From an uncultured Flavobacteriales bacterium (GTDB taxonomy: Bacteria; Bacteroidota; Bacteroidia; Flavobacteriales; Schleiferiaceae), in contig OX044356.1 in the NCBI GenBank assembly GCA_943846715.1, forward strand, positions 394,029 to 458,028: 64,000 nucleotides of DNA, written 5' to 3'. This document shows, one piece after another, positions 1 through 9,006 of this stretch. The notes beneath the pieces were generated by a model. It was not told the DNA's origin and ran no database searches. It saw only the letters and a list, made by a program, of their open reading frames with translations. The translations under genes were made by a program, and so were the position numbers. Position 1 is the stretch's first letter; every line of letters starts with the position of its first letter.

Positions 1-1171
1 GCCTCCATACCTCAAAGCCATCGTAAGCATTGGCTTGTGTCTCAATGGTTCGCTTGAGCAATTGGCAATAGTAGTTGTTGCAGCTCAAGGAAATGGACTC
101 CCTGAGATTGAAGGTTCCACCACCACAGTGACAGGCCACATGCAAGGCGCCGTGATGAAAGCCATCATCACAAGTCATGGTGGTTTGCGGGGTTGCTGCG
201 CCAACTTGCAATGCAATCAAGGCATTGATCACTTTGAACGGTGATCCAGGCGGGTATTCAGCCAGTAAGGCGCGATTGTACAATGGTTTGTTCAGGCTGT
301 CAAAGGCCAGTCGGTTGTAATTGGCATTGCGATGCCTGCCAACCAAAGCGTTGGGGTCAAAGGTTGGCGCAGAAAGCATGGTTAAAATCTCACCGCTCTT
401 TGGGTCGATTGCGACGACACTGCCACGTTTTCCAACCATCATTTGTTCTGCCAAGGCTTGCAAGCCAGCATCCAAGCCTAGGGTCAATGTTTGCCCTGGC
501 TGGGCGGGCGTATCATAGGCCCCGTCCATGAATGAGCCTTTGTCTCGATTCAGGTTATCAACCGTGATGTATGCGTTGCCGACCAGACCTTTTAGTTTGG
601 ATTCATATTGGCCCTCAATGCCAGAAATACCAATGTTGTCGCCCAACCTGTAGTTTGGTTTTTTCTGCAGCCAATAGTCATTCACTTCATTGACATAGCC
701 AATAACATTGGCACCTAACTTGCTCGGGTAGTCCCTGAGAAGACGTTTTTTCACACTAAAGCCTGGGTGCAGGTGAAGGCTTTCTTGAATTTGAGCCATT
801 TGGCGCTCAGTGACCCCTCGCAGGACTGTGCTGGGTTTTATGGATGAGTATGATATCGCCTTGCCAAGTGCCTTGCTCAATTGACTGAGGGGGATTGTCA
901 ACCATTGTGCAGTTGATGCGCTGTCCATGGCTTTGAGCAAATTGGGTGTGGCCATGATGTCATAAGCTACTTGGTTTGAAGCCAGTAACAGGCCATGGCG
1001 ATCATGGATCAACCCCCTTGGAGCGTCCACCCGAACAACGCGATGTGCGTTGTGCTGAGCATCTTGTTGGTAGCGGTCATCCCACACTTGAATGTTGAAT
1101 AGTCGGAGGCAAAAAACCAGGGTAGATCCCAGTAAAATCAAAAGGGGTAAGGCAATGCGTGAATGCTTCAC
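1..1171 (-). CDS. mrdA: penicillin-binding protein 2 / peptidoglycan D,D-transpeptidase (first ~390 codons; 3' end lies beyond window start)
   Basis: Hand translation of the minus strand from GTG 1171..1169 stays open to nt 1. It is absent from the ORF track because it has no stop in the window. Sequence: VKHSRIALPLLILLGSTLVF (TM anchor) ... DPKSGEILTMLSAPTFDPN ... YPPGSPFKV (SxxK motif, about nt 228-260). It lies immediately downstream of mreBCD, the canonical position. Confidence 0.85.
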   Translation of the reverse strand, partial: MKHSRIALPLLILLGSTLVFCLRLFNIQVWDDRYQQDAQHNAHRVVRVDAPRGLIHDRHGLLLASNQVAYDIMATPNLLKAMDSASTAQWLTIPLSQLSKALGKAISYSSIKPSTVLRGVTERQMAQIQESLHLHPGFSVKKRLLRDYPSKLGANVIGYVNEVNDYWLQKKPNYRLGDNIGISGIEGQYESKLKGLVGNAYITVDNLNRDKGSFMDGAYDTPAQPGQTLTLGLDAGLQALAEQMMVGKRGSVVAIDPKSGEILTMLSAPTFDPNALVGRHRNANYNRLAFDSLNKPLYNRALLAEYPPGSPFKVINALIALQVGAATPQTTMTCDDGFHHGALHVACHCGGGTFNLRESISLSCNNYYCQLLKRTIETQANAYDGFEVWR

Positions 1172-1172
1172 A

Positions 1173-1676
1173 TCAATCTTGTGAAGGGATGAATGCAGCC
1201 AATGAAGTGAGGGCTAGCCCGGTTGCAAGGCTGGAAAGCAGCGCGCGGTAAAGCCAGTCCATCATTAAATTCAAACTGATACTGCCCCAGAAAAAGAGCC
1301 AAATGTGATGCACTGCAATGGTAGCCAGTGCATAGGTGAGCCATTTACCCAACCCGATGTCTGCTATCCCAAATGCAAGGTCTTCTTCCTCTGCACGAGG
1401 AAGAACCAAACCCAATAAACGTGGTCTCATAGCTGCCATCAATGTACAGGCCATCAAATGCAAGCCGCCACTGAGGTAATGGAAATCCATGAAGGCACCA
1501 AGCACAGTGGCCACAGCCACATGAGCCCATACGGGCCATCTAGCAGGGGCTGAAATGATGATGCCTACATAGATGTATGGGTTCAAGTAGCCATAGACCT
1601 GCAAGTGGTCCAGCACAAGGAACTGGAATGCAAGCATGGCAATGGACCAGGCAAACCATTGATCCCAGCGCTTCAT
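1173..1676 (-). CDS. mreD: rod shape-determining protein MreD
   Basis: 167-aa polytopic membrane protein. It overlaps mreC by 4 nt and sits between mreC and mrdA. Confidence 0.75.
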   Translation of the reverse strand: MKRWDQWFAWSIAMLAFQFLVLDHLQVYGYLNPYIYVGIIISAPARWPVWAHVAVATVLGAFMDFHYLSGGLHLMACTLMAAMRPRLLGLVLPRAEEEDLAFGIADIGLGKWLTYALATIAVHHIWLFFWGSISLNLMMDWLYRALLSSLATGLALTSLAAFIPSQD

Positions 1677-2455
1677 GGTTGAGAAAGGTTTTGTCGTTCA
1701 TCTTGCTGCGGCATATTCACAACATAAGCTGGCTGCAGGCGGCTGAAGTCATGGAGCAGGGCGATGTATGCATACTGTGTCATTTGGCTGGAGTCAACCA
1801 TCACCTTATCAATGATGCCAATAGGCCAGTTGTTTGGGAAAATGGCAGAGCGCCCGTCACTAACAACGGTGTCACCCATTTGTAATGGTGCTTGAATGCC
1901 AACATGTTCCCAGGTGGCTCTCTGTGCGTTGCGGCCAACCCATCGAACGGTCCCAAAGTGGCCGCTAGCCATGGAGGCAGCTGAAATGCGTGAATCTGCA
2001 TCAATGATTGGCATGATACGAGCATAGTGATCAGATACCCTGGTGACCACGCCAACAACTCCTTGGGTAGAGATGACCCCTTGTCCTGCCTTGACGCCGT
2101 CCAAGCTGCCTTTGTTGAAAAGCATGTGATTGTGAGGCAAATGGGTTTGACCAAACACCAGGCGCCCAGAGATCCACTCAGTGGGCTCTTCATGGGTTTG
2201 GTTGCTGTCAGCTGCATGGGATTTGAGTTCGGCATTTTCTAGCGCAAGCAGCTCCATGTCGTCAGCCAGATTGAAGTACCATTTCCAACCATTGACATTG
2301 GCTATCCAAGCAGCCTGTGCTGACAGTCGAGTTGACCAAAATTTGCTGTGATGCCATTGCGATTGTGCCGCAGTCATCCCTATGCCTACCAGCTGTAGAA
2401 TCACCAAGGCAATGCCCATGCGATATCGGTAAAAAAACCGCAGGATATTCTGCAT
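1673..2455 (-). CDS. mreC: rod shape-determining protein MreC
   Basis: 260 aa with an N-terminal TM segment, a short coiled segment (LALENAELK) and a beta-rich C-terminal domain. It starts 3 nt after the mreB stop. Confidence 0.85.
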   Translation of the reverse strand: MQNILRFFYRYRMGIALVILQLVGIGMTAAQSQWHHSKFWSTRLSAQAAWIANVNGWKWYFNLADDMELLALENAELKSHAADSNQTHEEPTEWISGRLVFGQTHLPHNHMLFNKGSLDGVKAGQGVISTQGVVGVVTRVSDHYARIMPIIDADSRISAASMASGHFGTVRWVGRNAQRATWEHVGIQAPLQMGDTVVSDGRSAIFPNNWPIGIIDKVMVDSSQMTQYAYIALLHDFSRLQPAYVVNMPQQDERQNLSQP

Positions 2456-2458
2456 GGC

Positions 2459-3487
2459 TTAGCGCATCAATAACGTGCGGTACTTGTCCAGATTTTTCAA
2501 TGCAATGCCTGTTCCTCGAACCACGGCTCGCAAAGGGTCTTCTGCAACATAAACCGGTAATTCGGTTTTCTGAGAAATTCTATGGTCCAATCCGCGCAAC
2601 ATGGAACCGCCACCAGCCATGTAAATTCCTGAGTTGTAGATGTCTGCAGAAAGTTCAGGGGGCGTCATGGCAAGGGCCTCCATCACGGCGTCTTCAACGC
2701 GCATCAAGGATTTATCCATGGCAATGGCCAATTCTTTGTAATGGATGGTAACCTGCTTAGGCTTGCCTGTGATTAGATCACGGCCTTGCACAGCCATGTC
2801 ATCTGGCGGGTTGCTCAATTCGGTGACTGCGGACCCCACTTGAATTTTGATTTGCTCTGCTGTGCGCTCACCCACATAGAGGTTGTGTGTATTGCGCATG
2901 TGATAGATGATGTCATTGGTGAAAACGTCGCCAGCTACCTTGATGCTTTTGTCGCTAACGATACCACCAAGAGCTAGAACAGCTATTTCTGTTGTGCCGC
3001 CACCGATATCAATGATCATGTTGCCCTTAGGCTCTAGTACATCGACCCCGATGCCAATCGCGGCAGCCATGGGTTCGTGAATCAAGTGCACTTCTTTGGC
3101 GTTGGCATGATCAGCTGAATCGCGAACCGCTCGCTTTTCCACTTCTGTGATACCGGATGGAATGCAGATGACCATGCGCATGGAAGGAGCAATCCAACGT
3201 TTTTTGAAAGAAGGCACGCTTTTGATCATCTCTCGAATCATGTGCTCAGAGGCCTTAAAGTCGGCGATCACACCATCTTTCAATGGGCGAACAGTTCGAA
3301 TGTTGTCATGGGTTTTCCCATGCATTTGCATGGCCTCATGGCCAATGGCTAAAATGTCGCCAGTCACCCGATCCATGGCAACAATTGAAGGTGCATCAAC
3401 CACCACTTTGTCATTGTGAATGATCAAGGTGTTGGCAGTGCCAAGATCAATGGCGATGTCTTCCGTTAAAAAATCAAATAATCCCAT
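2459..3487 (-). CDS. mreB: rod shape-determining actin-like ATPase MreB
   Basis: 342 aa: MGLFDFL..IAIDLGTANTLI, DIGGGTTEIAV, typical MreB length and motifs. Confidence 0.97.
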   Translation of the reverse strand: MGLFDFLTEDIAIDLGTANTLIIHNDKVVVDAPSIVAMDRVTGDILAIGHEAMQMHGKTHDNIRTVRPLKDGVIADFKASEHMIREMIKSVPSFKKRWIAPSMRMVICIPSGITEVEKRAVRDSADHANAKEVHLIHEPMAAAIGIGVDVLEPKGNMIIDIGGGTTEIAVLALGGIVSDKSIKVAGDVFTNDIIYHMRNTHNLYVGERTAEQIKIQVGSAVTELSNPPDDMAVQGRDLITGKPKQVTIHYKELAIAMDKSLMRVEDAVMEALAMTPPELSADIYNSGIYMAGGGSMLRGLDHRISQKTELPVYVAEDPLRAVVRGTGIALKNLDKYRTLLMR

Positions 3488-3501
3488 GCTATTTCGCAGT
3501 A

Positions 3502-5013
3502 TCAGTGTTTAAAATGTCGTATGCCTGTCATGACCATGGAAACGCCATGAGCATTGCAATAATCGATGCTCAGTTGGTCCTTGATGGATCCCCCCGGCTG
3601 AATCACCGATTGAATCCCTGCCTCATGGGCAATTTCAACACAATCAGGGAAGGGGAAGAAGGCATCAGAGGCCATGACAGCACCCTCCAAGTTAAGGCCA
3701 AATACCTTGGCTTTTTCGATGGCTTGACGCAATGCATCAACCCTTGAAGTTTGCCCTGTTCCAGCTGCAATCAATCGCTGATCTTTCACTAAAACGATGG
3801 TGTTGCTTTTGGTATGACGGCAAATAGCGGAGGCGAATAACAAGTCAGCAATGTCGGACTCAGAGGCTGATTGTTGGGTGACAGTCTTCAAGTCAGTTAG
3901 GTTGTCGCTGTGATCATCCACAGCTTGCATCAAGAAACCATTGAGGTTGGTTCGCACCTGATGCTTAGCGCGCTTGACCTCCTTGCGTTGAAGAATGATT
4001 CGTTGTTTTTTGCTGCACAAAAGGTCCAAGGCATCCTTGTCAAAGCCCGGCGCAATCAACACCTCATAAAACAAGCTGTGCATTTTCTCTGCAGTGGCTA
4101 AGTCCACCGTTTGGTTGCAGGCGATGACGCCGCCAAAGGCAGATTGTGGGTCAGCTTCCAATGCGCGATCCCAAGACTTACTGAGGCTGTCCGTACAGGC
4201 CATGCCACAAGCGTTGTTGTGCTTAACAATCACCACAGTCGCACCATGGCCTTCATCGCAAAATGCCAATGTGGCATCTAGGTCAAGCAAGTTGTTGTAG
4301 GAGAGGGCCTTGCCATTGAGTTGGTCAAAGAGGGCTGCCATGTCACCAATAAACCATGCTGCTTGATGGGGATTCTCTCCGTAGCGAAGGGCTGTTCGCT
4401 GGCCAGCTAAGGTGGGGAAAGGTGCACTGTTTCCTAGGGTCCAAGCAGCGATGGCTGCATCGTAGGACTGGCTTGTTTGGTAGGCTTCTCCAGCAAAGCG
4501 TCGGCGTTGTTCCAGCGAAGTGGAAGCACCTTGCTCATCCAGAATGTTGAGCACATCTGCGTATTGTCCTCGGGAAGAGACCATCCAAACATGCTGATGG
4601 TTTTTTGCCCCTGCACGAATCAGCGCAATGCCACCGATGTCAATTTTTTCAATGATGTTATTTTCACTGGCACCTGAGGCAACGGTATCCTCAAAGGGGT
4701 AGAGGTCCACAATGACCATGTCAATGCTTGGAATGCCATACTTCTCCAAGGTGGCTGCGTCATCATTTCGATCTCTGCGCCAAAGGATGCCACCAAAAAT
4801 ATGGGGATGCAAAGTTTTAACACGGCCATCTAAAATGCTAGGGAATTCCGTTACATCCTCAACTGGAATACAAGAAAGCCCTTCAGATTCAATGAATTTT
4901 TGTGTGCCACCAGTTGAATAGAGGGTAACCCCATCCGCATGAAGTTGATGCAAAATTGGGGCAAGGCCATCTTTGTGGAAGACGGAAATGAGAGCGGATT
5001 TGATGGCTTGCAT
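3502..5013 (-). CDS. purH: bifunctional AICAR formyltransferase / IMP cyclohydrolase
   Basis: MQAIKSALISVFHKDGL..., ..VIQPGGSIKD..., ends MTGIRHFKH. The track start at 5049 is a TTG; the ATG at 5013 gives the canonical N-terminus. Confidence 0.95.
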   Translation of the reverse strand: MQAIKSALISVFHKDGLAPILHQLHADGVTLYSTGGTQKFIESEGLSCIPVEDVTEFPSILDGRVKTLHPHIFGGILWRRDRNDDAATLEKYGIPSIDMVIVDLYPFEDTVASGASENNIIEKIDIGGIALIRAGAKNHQHVWMVSSRGQYADVLNILDEQGASTSLEQRRRFAGEAYQTSQSYDAAIAAWTLGNSAPFPTLAGQRTALRYGENPHQAAWFIGDMAALFDQLNGKALSYNNLLDLDATLAFCDEGHGATVVIVKHNNACGMACTDSLSKSWDRALEADPQSAFGGVIACNQTVDLATAEKMHSLFYEVLIAPGFDKDALDLLCSKKQRIILQRKEVKRAKHQVRTNLNGFLMQAVDDHSDNLTDLKTVTQQSASESDIADLLFASAICRHTKSNTIVLVKDQRLIAAGTGQTSRVDALRQAIEKAKVFGLNLEGAVMASDAFFPFPDCVEIAHEAGIQSVIQPGGSIKDQLSIDYCNAHGVSMVMTGIRHFKH

Positions 5014-5091
5014 GGCAGCTTGATTGAGTGGTGAAAAGCGCAACGCCAAAGTTAGTCAATAGATGGCACGAACTTTGACTAATTTGCGCCC

Positions 5092-6342
5092 ATGACCCGT
5101 CTTTTTACCCAGTCCTTTGAAGCCCTTCGATTTGCATGGATAGCCCTTGTAGGCAATCGCCTTCGAACCTTTCTGAGCCTGCTTGGAATCACCATTGGCA
5201 TCTTAGCTATCATCTCAGTCTATGCCATTGTAGATAGCCTGGAAAAGAGCATCAGGAATTCAGTCGAAGGACTTGGTAGCGATGTGGTCTACGTGCAGAA
5301 GTGGCCATGGGGAGGTGGAGGCGAGGAATACGCCTGGTGGAAATATTTTCAGCGGAAAGATGTGGACTATGATGACTTTATGCAACTGACTGCCCGCGGT
5401 GTTGCTTCTGCTTCTGACATCGTCTTACTCAATGGCAGCAATGGCACCATCACTCATGACAATTCCAATGTAGAGAATGCTCAGATTCGTGGGGTGAGTC
5501 ATGGCTACGCAAGGTTGAATGCTTTAGACATCTCAGCAGGTCGGTATTTCTCAACTCTGGAGTCTCGCAATGGGCGATCCATTTGCTTGCTTGGTGCAGA
5601 CATCGCAGATGCCTTATTTCTTAACGAAGACCCTGTAGGGAAAAAGGTGAAAGCTTTTGGTAGGGAGTACCTTGTTTTAGGTGTAATAAAGCGACAAGGA
5701 GCCAGTTTGGTTGGGGAGAATTCAGATGAAATGATGATGGTTCCTGCCGTAAATCTGATTCGCATCATTGGCAAGAGGTCTGAAGGCTCTGCGATACAGA
5801 TTAAGGTAAAGAAAGGCCTGGAACTGGCAGCTTTGAAGGAAGATATTCGCATGCAGATGCGAGCCATACGTCGATTGAGGCCACGCGCGGATGATGACTT
5901 TTCCCTGAACGACTCATCGACATTGAGCTCTGGTCTGGACAGCATGTTTTCTGTGATTGGTGCCTTAGGTACAGTGATTGGCGGTTTTTCTATCCTGGTT
6001 GGCGGCTTTGGTATTGCCAATATCATGTTCGTTTCTGTGCGTGAGCGGACAGGACAAATTGGCATCCAGAAGGCGCTGGGAGCAACCAAGTACTTCGTTC
6101 TCAGTCAATTCCTTTTTGAGAGCATCATGCTTAGCCTGGTTGGCGGCGTGGCAGGCATTCTCTTGGTTGCCTTGTTGATGTGGTTAGGGTCCATGGCCAC
6201 GGGGTTTGCCTTGGTGCTGTCGACGGCCAATGTCATCACAGGCTTGTTAATTTCTGTAGCTATTGGAATAATCGCAGGCATTGCGCCAGCAATAGTGGCT
6301 GCCAATATGGAGCCTGTTGATGCCATCCGCTTCAATCAGTAA
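5092..6342 (+). CDS. ABC transporter permease, MacB/FtsX family
   Basis: 416 aa: N-terminal TM, a large periplasmic MacB-like domain, and a C-terminal FtsX-type 3-TM module (..GIQKALGATK..). Confidence 0.85.
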   Translation: MTRLFTQSFEALRFAWIALVGNRLRTFLSLLGITIGILAIISVYAIVDSLEKSIRNSVEGLGSDVVYVQKWPWGGGGEEYAWWKYFQRKDVDYDDFMQLTARGVASASDIVLLNGSNGTITHDNSNVENAQIRGVSHGYARLNALDISAGRYFSTLESRNGRSICLLGADIADALFLNEDPVGKKVKAFGREYLVLGVIKRQGASLVGENSDEMMMVPAVNLIRIIGKRSEGSAIQIKVKKGLELAALKEDIRMQMRAIRRLRPRADDDFSLNDSSTLSSGLDSMFSVIGALGTVIGGFSILVGGFGIANIMFVSVRERTGQIGIQKALGATKYFVLSQFLFESIMLSLVGGVAGILLVALLMWLGSMATGFALVLSTANVITGLLISVAIGIIAGIAPAIVAANMEPVDAIRFNQ

Positions 6343-6377
6343 CTAAACCACTTGCAAATCAGTCCCGTTCAAGCAAC

Positions 6378-6752
6378 TCAACCCAAACAATCGCAGAGGT
6401 AGGGTAGAAAGATAATGAGGCCAATGGCAGCTGCAGCAAGGGATGCCATCAGAACACCACCAGCAGCCATGTCTTTGGTTGCACCAATTTCAAGGTGTTG
6501 CTCAGGGTGGAGGTGGTCGGCAAAGGCTTCGATTGCGCTATTGATTAATTCGGTAGCCCATATCAGGCCAATGGCTAAGATTGCCATGGTCCATTCCATG
6601 CTTGTGATATGAAACCACCATCCAGCGGCAATAACAGCTAGAGTGACTAAGCTGTGTGTACGCAAGCTTCTTTCGCGTTGAATGCCTTTGACGATGCCCC
6701 TAAAAGCATTGATGAATGCCTGGACATGGGCAGAAAGGAATGGTATTTGCAT
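6378..6752 (-). CDS. dgkA: diacylglycerol kinase family protein
   Basis: About 124 aa from the internal ATG (track start 6794 looks over-extended). Three TMs with the DgkA-like motif ELINSAIEAFADH...KDMAAGGVL. Confidence 0.85.
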   Translation of the reverse strand: MQIPFLSAHVQAFINAFRGIVKGIQRERSLRTHSLVTLAVIAAGWWFHITSMEWTMAILAIGLIWATELINSAIEAFADHLHPEQHLEIGATKDMAAGGVLMASLAAAAIGLIIFLPYLCDCLG

Positions 6753-6863
6753 GCTTGAATTTTTAATTAAACCTTTTGATGGCTCGCCTGTCAAAGGTAA
6801 AACGCAAACTCATTCATACTCGCCGTTTAATCGCTATGACCTTATTTAAGCATAATCTTAATA

Positions 6864-6890
6864 TTGGTGAACTTTCATCATGTATTTTTG
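6864..6890 (+). promoter_or_regulatory. putative Bacteroidota sigma-A type promoter (TTG ... TATTTTTG) for the T9SS cassette
   Basis: TATTTTTG (6883..6890) matches the -7 consensus TAnnTTTG. TTG at 6864..6866 is 16 nt upstream, a sub-optimal spacing. The motif lies 18 nt before the ATG at 6909. Confidence 0.4.
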
Positions 6891-6908
6891 TGTCACAATA
6901 CCATTCCT

Positions 6909-8987
6909 ATGAATAAAACATTGACTCTAGCTCGCAAAGGTTTCCTTGCAATTTTCATGTTGCTCGGCACGTTGCTTCAGGCGCAGACACTTGACCTGGT
7001 TCAGCCCCCTAACCTGTCGGTATGTACCGGTGACTCCTTGAAAATCACCATGACCATTGGCAGCAATAATTTCAATGCGGGCAACCAATTCATCGTTTTG
7101 TTTGATGATGGGTTAACGACATCTTTTGATGTGACTGCCGCTGACACCCTAGCTATCGAGCGCTGGCAGAGCATCACCCCCAGTCCTGTAGGCACATCTG
7201 CAGATACCCTGAATGCCGGAGTGAAGTTTTTCTGGATCATTGTCCCCGCTGACATCACAAGCAACAATTTTTACTCATTGGCCGTGAGAAGCACCAACCC
7301 GAGTGGTATTTGGTCTGACACCATTCAAATGACAGTGAATGTTTCCCCGGAGTCATCCATTGATTCCATTCATGGAGGCTACAATAATTTGTACACGCCT
7401 TCCAATGATTGGGGCTTCTGTGAGGATGACACCATCACCCTTTATGCTGTCGCAGGCATGCAGACCTACCAATGGTACGCTGGTGGCGCACCCATTGCAG
7501 GTGAAGTCAATGACTCATTGAAGGTGTTTGCTACTGGCGATTACGCTGTTGAAGTCGGTTCAGGCAATTGCTCAACAATTTCTTCAGATACCACCATCAA
7601 TGCCTTTTCGCCATTCACCGACCTGACGCATAGCACGGTTGCAACCTTAACCGTTTTGGACAATGATCCCCAAATTGACAGTTTGCAGTTTTGTGACACA
7701 GATAGCATCACCTTAACAGGCCCGCCAGCTTTTACCCCTGGAACAGGTGTGAACTACCAGTGGTTGATGGATTCAGTGGACCTGTTTGGTCAAACCATTG
7801 TGGTGGCCATTGCAGGTGAAAAGAGCATGAGTTACTCCACCAATGTAGCGGGACGCTACAGCTTGGAGACCACCTGGTTACCTGGTGGTTGCGCGGACAC
7901 CTCATACACCGTAGAGCTTTTCATTGACACCGTTCCTGATGCAACCATTGAGAATGTGCCATGGCCTGGATTTGCTATTGCCTCGTTGAGTATCTGCCCA
8001 TCGGATTCGACCTTGTTGCAATCTGCAACCACTTCGGTCATGAATGATTGGGAATACCAGTGGCAAGTGCTTTACCCAGTATCCAGTGGTGTGTGGAAGG
8101 ATCTACCTGGTGAGGACGCTTACCAATTGACAGCTGACACCACCACAGCGCCTGGAACGGCACAATACCGGCTCTACATAACCAATGCGGCTTGTGAACA
8201 CTACACTGCTGCCATGCAAGTTGAATTGGTTCCTTTGCCGACTGTGCAAGTAGCTCCTTCAGATTCCCTGGCTGTATGTGCGGGAGACTCTTTATTGATT
8301 GGCGCGACAGGCAACGGCCTGACCTATTCATGGACATGGCCTGGCGGGAGCTATGCCGGAACGTCATTTTATGCAAAGGATGCAGGCATCTATGTGGTGG
8401 AAGCTATTGGCCTGAATGATTGTGTGAGCTATGACACTTTGGAATTGAGCCATGTCACCGTAACACCTGATGCGGGCCCTGACCAAACGGTCTTGCCTGG
8501 CGAGGTTGTTCAACTTGCTGGCAGTGGCGGCGAAAGCTTCTATTGGTATGCTGACAGGCCTGTGTATTTCAGTGATCCTTACAACCCCAATGCACAAACC
8601 AAACCCACCCAGGATACCACCATGTACATCCTTGAGGTGATGACGGACTTCGGTTGCTTTGGCACAGACACCATGATGGTGATTGTCTTTGACCCTTCCA
8701 TCTATGATGTGAACATTTCCCATGTCATGAACTTGATTTCCCCCAATGGCGATGGCATGAATGATGTCTTTGATTTATCAGAGGTTGTTCAGGCAGACTC
8801 ATGCGACTTGATTGTCTTTGATCGATGGGGATCCATTGTCTTTGAACAAGCACAGTACATCACCGGCTGGGATGGCATCAACCAAGGCGGTGCAGATTTA
8901 CCCAACGGCACGTACTACTACGTATTGATGTGTAATGATGTGGCCCGATTCCGAGGCGCAATCACCGTTGTAAGAAATATCCAGTAA
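6909..8987 (+). CDS. T9SS type-B sorting domain (gliding motility-associated C-terminal domain / CHU_C) surface protein, cargo A
   Basis: Signal peptide MNKTLTLARKGFLAIFMLLGTLLQAQ. Repeated Ig-like modules carry a 'C.GDS..L' motif (LSVCTGDSL, LQFCDTDSI, LSICPSDST, LAVCAGDSL). C-terminus: ISPNGDGMNDVFDL..FDRWGSIVFEQ..WDG..NGTYYYVL. Confidence 0.88.
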   Translation: MNKTLTLARKGFLAIFMLLGTLLQAQTLDLVQPPNLSVCTGDSLKITMTIGSNNFNAGNQFIVLFDDGLTTSFDVTAADTLAIERWQSITPSPVGTSADTLNAGVKFFWIIVPADITSNNFYSLAVRSTNPSGIWSDTIQMTVNVSPESSIDSIHGGYNNLYTPSNDWGFCEDDTITLYAVAGMQTYQWYAGGAPIAGEVNDSLKVFATGDYAVEVGSGNCSTISSDTTINAFSPFTDLTHSTVATLTVLDNDPQIDSLQFCDTDSITLTGPPAFTPGTGVNYQWLMDSVDLFGQTIVVAIAGEKSMSYSTNVAGRYSLETTWLPGGCADTSYTVELFIDTVPDATIENVPWPGFAIASLSICPSDSTLLQSATTSVMNDWEYQWQVLYPVSSGVWKDLPGEDAYQLTADTTTAPGTAQYRLYITNAACEHYTAAMQVELVPLPTVQVAPSDSLAVCAGDSLLIGATGNGLTYSWTWPGGSYAGTSFYAKDAGIYVVEAIGLNDCVSYDTLELSHVTVTPDAGPDQTVLPGEVVQLAGSGGESFYWYADRPVYFSDPYNPNAQTKPTQDTTMYILEVMTDFGCFGTDTMMVIVFDPSIYDVNISHVMNLISPNGDGMNDVFDLSEVVQADSCDLIVFDRWGSIVFEQAQYITGWDGINQGGADLPNGTYYYVLMCNDVARFRGAITVVRNIQ

Positions 8988-9006
8988 CAGCATACCTAAA
9001 GAAACC

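Noticed and set aside
35-531. Three plus-strand ORFs (35-244, 241-531, 321-518) at the left edge.
   Set aside because: They are antisense or out of frame relative to the strongly supported mrdA reading frame. Their Cys/Trp/Arg-rich composition is typical of shadow ORFs.
5505-6089. 194-aa minus-strand ORF inside the ABC permease gene.
   Set aside because: It is antisense to a well-supported CDS and has a P/R/S-rich, non-protein-like composition. It is a shadow ORF.
6795-6908. Over-extended N-termini in the ORF track: cargo A 6864, dgkA 6794, purH 5049, cysS 52838, folE 53493, rpsK 33598, BNR 49388.
   Set aside because: Several of the extensions start at TTG (purH, cargo A, folE, rpsK). They add non-conserved residues, and would overlap promoters or divergent genes. 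Internal ATGs give canonical N-termini, signal peptides or ATGA coupling.
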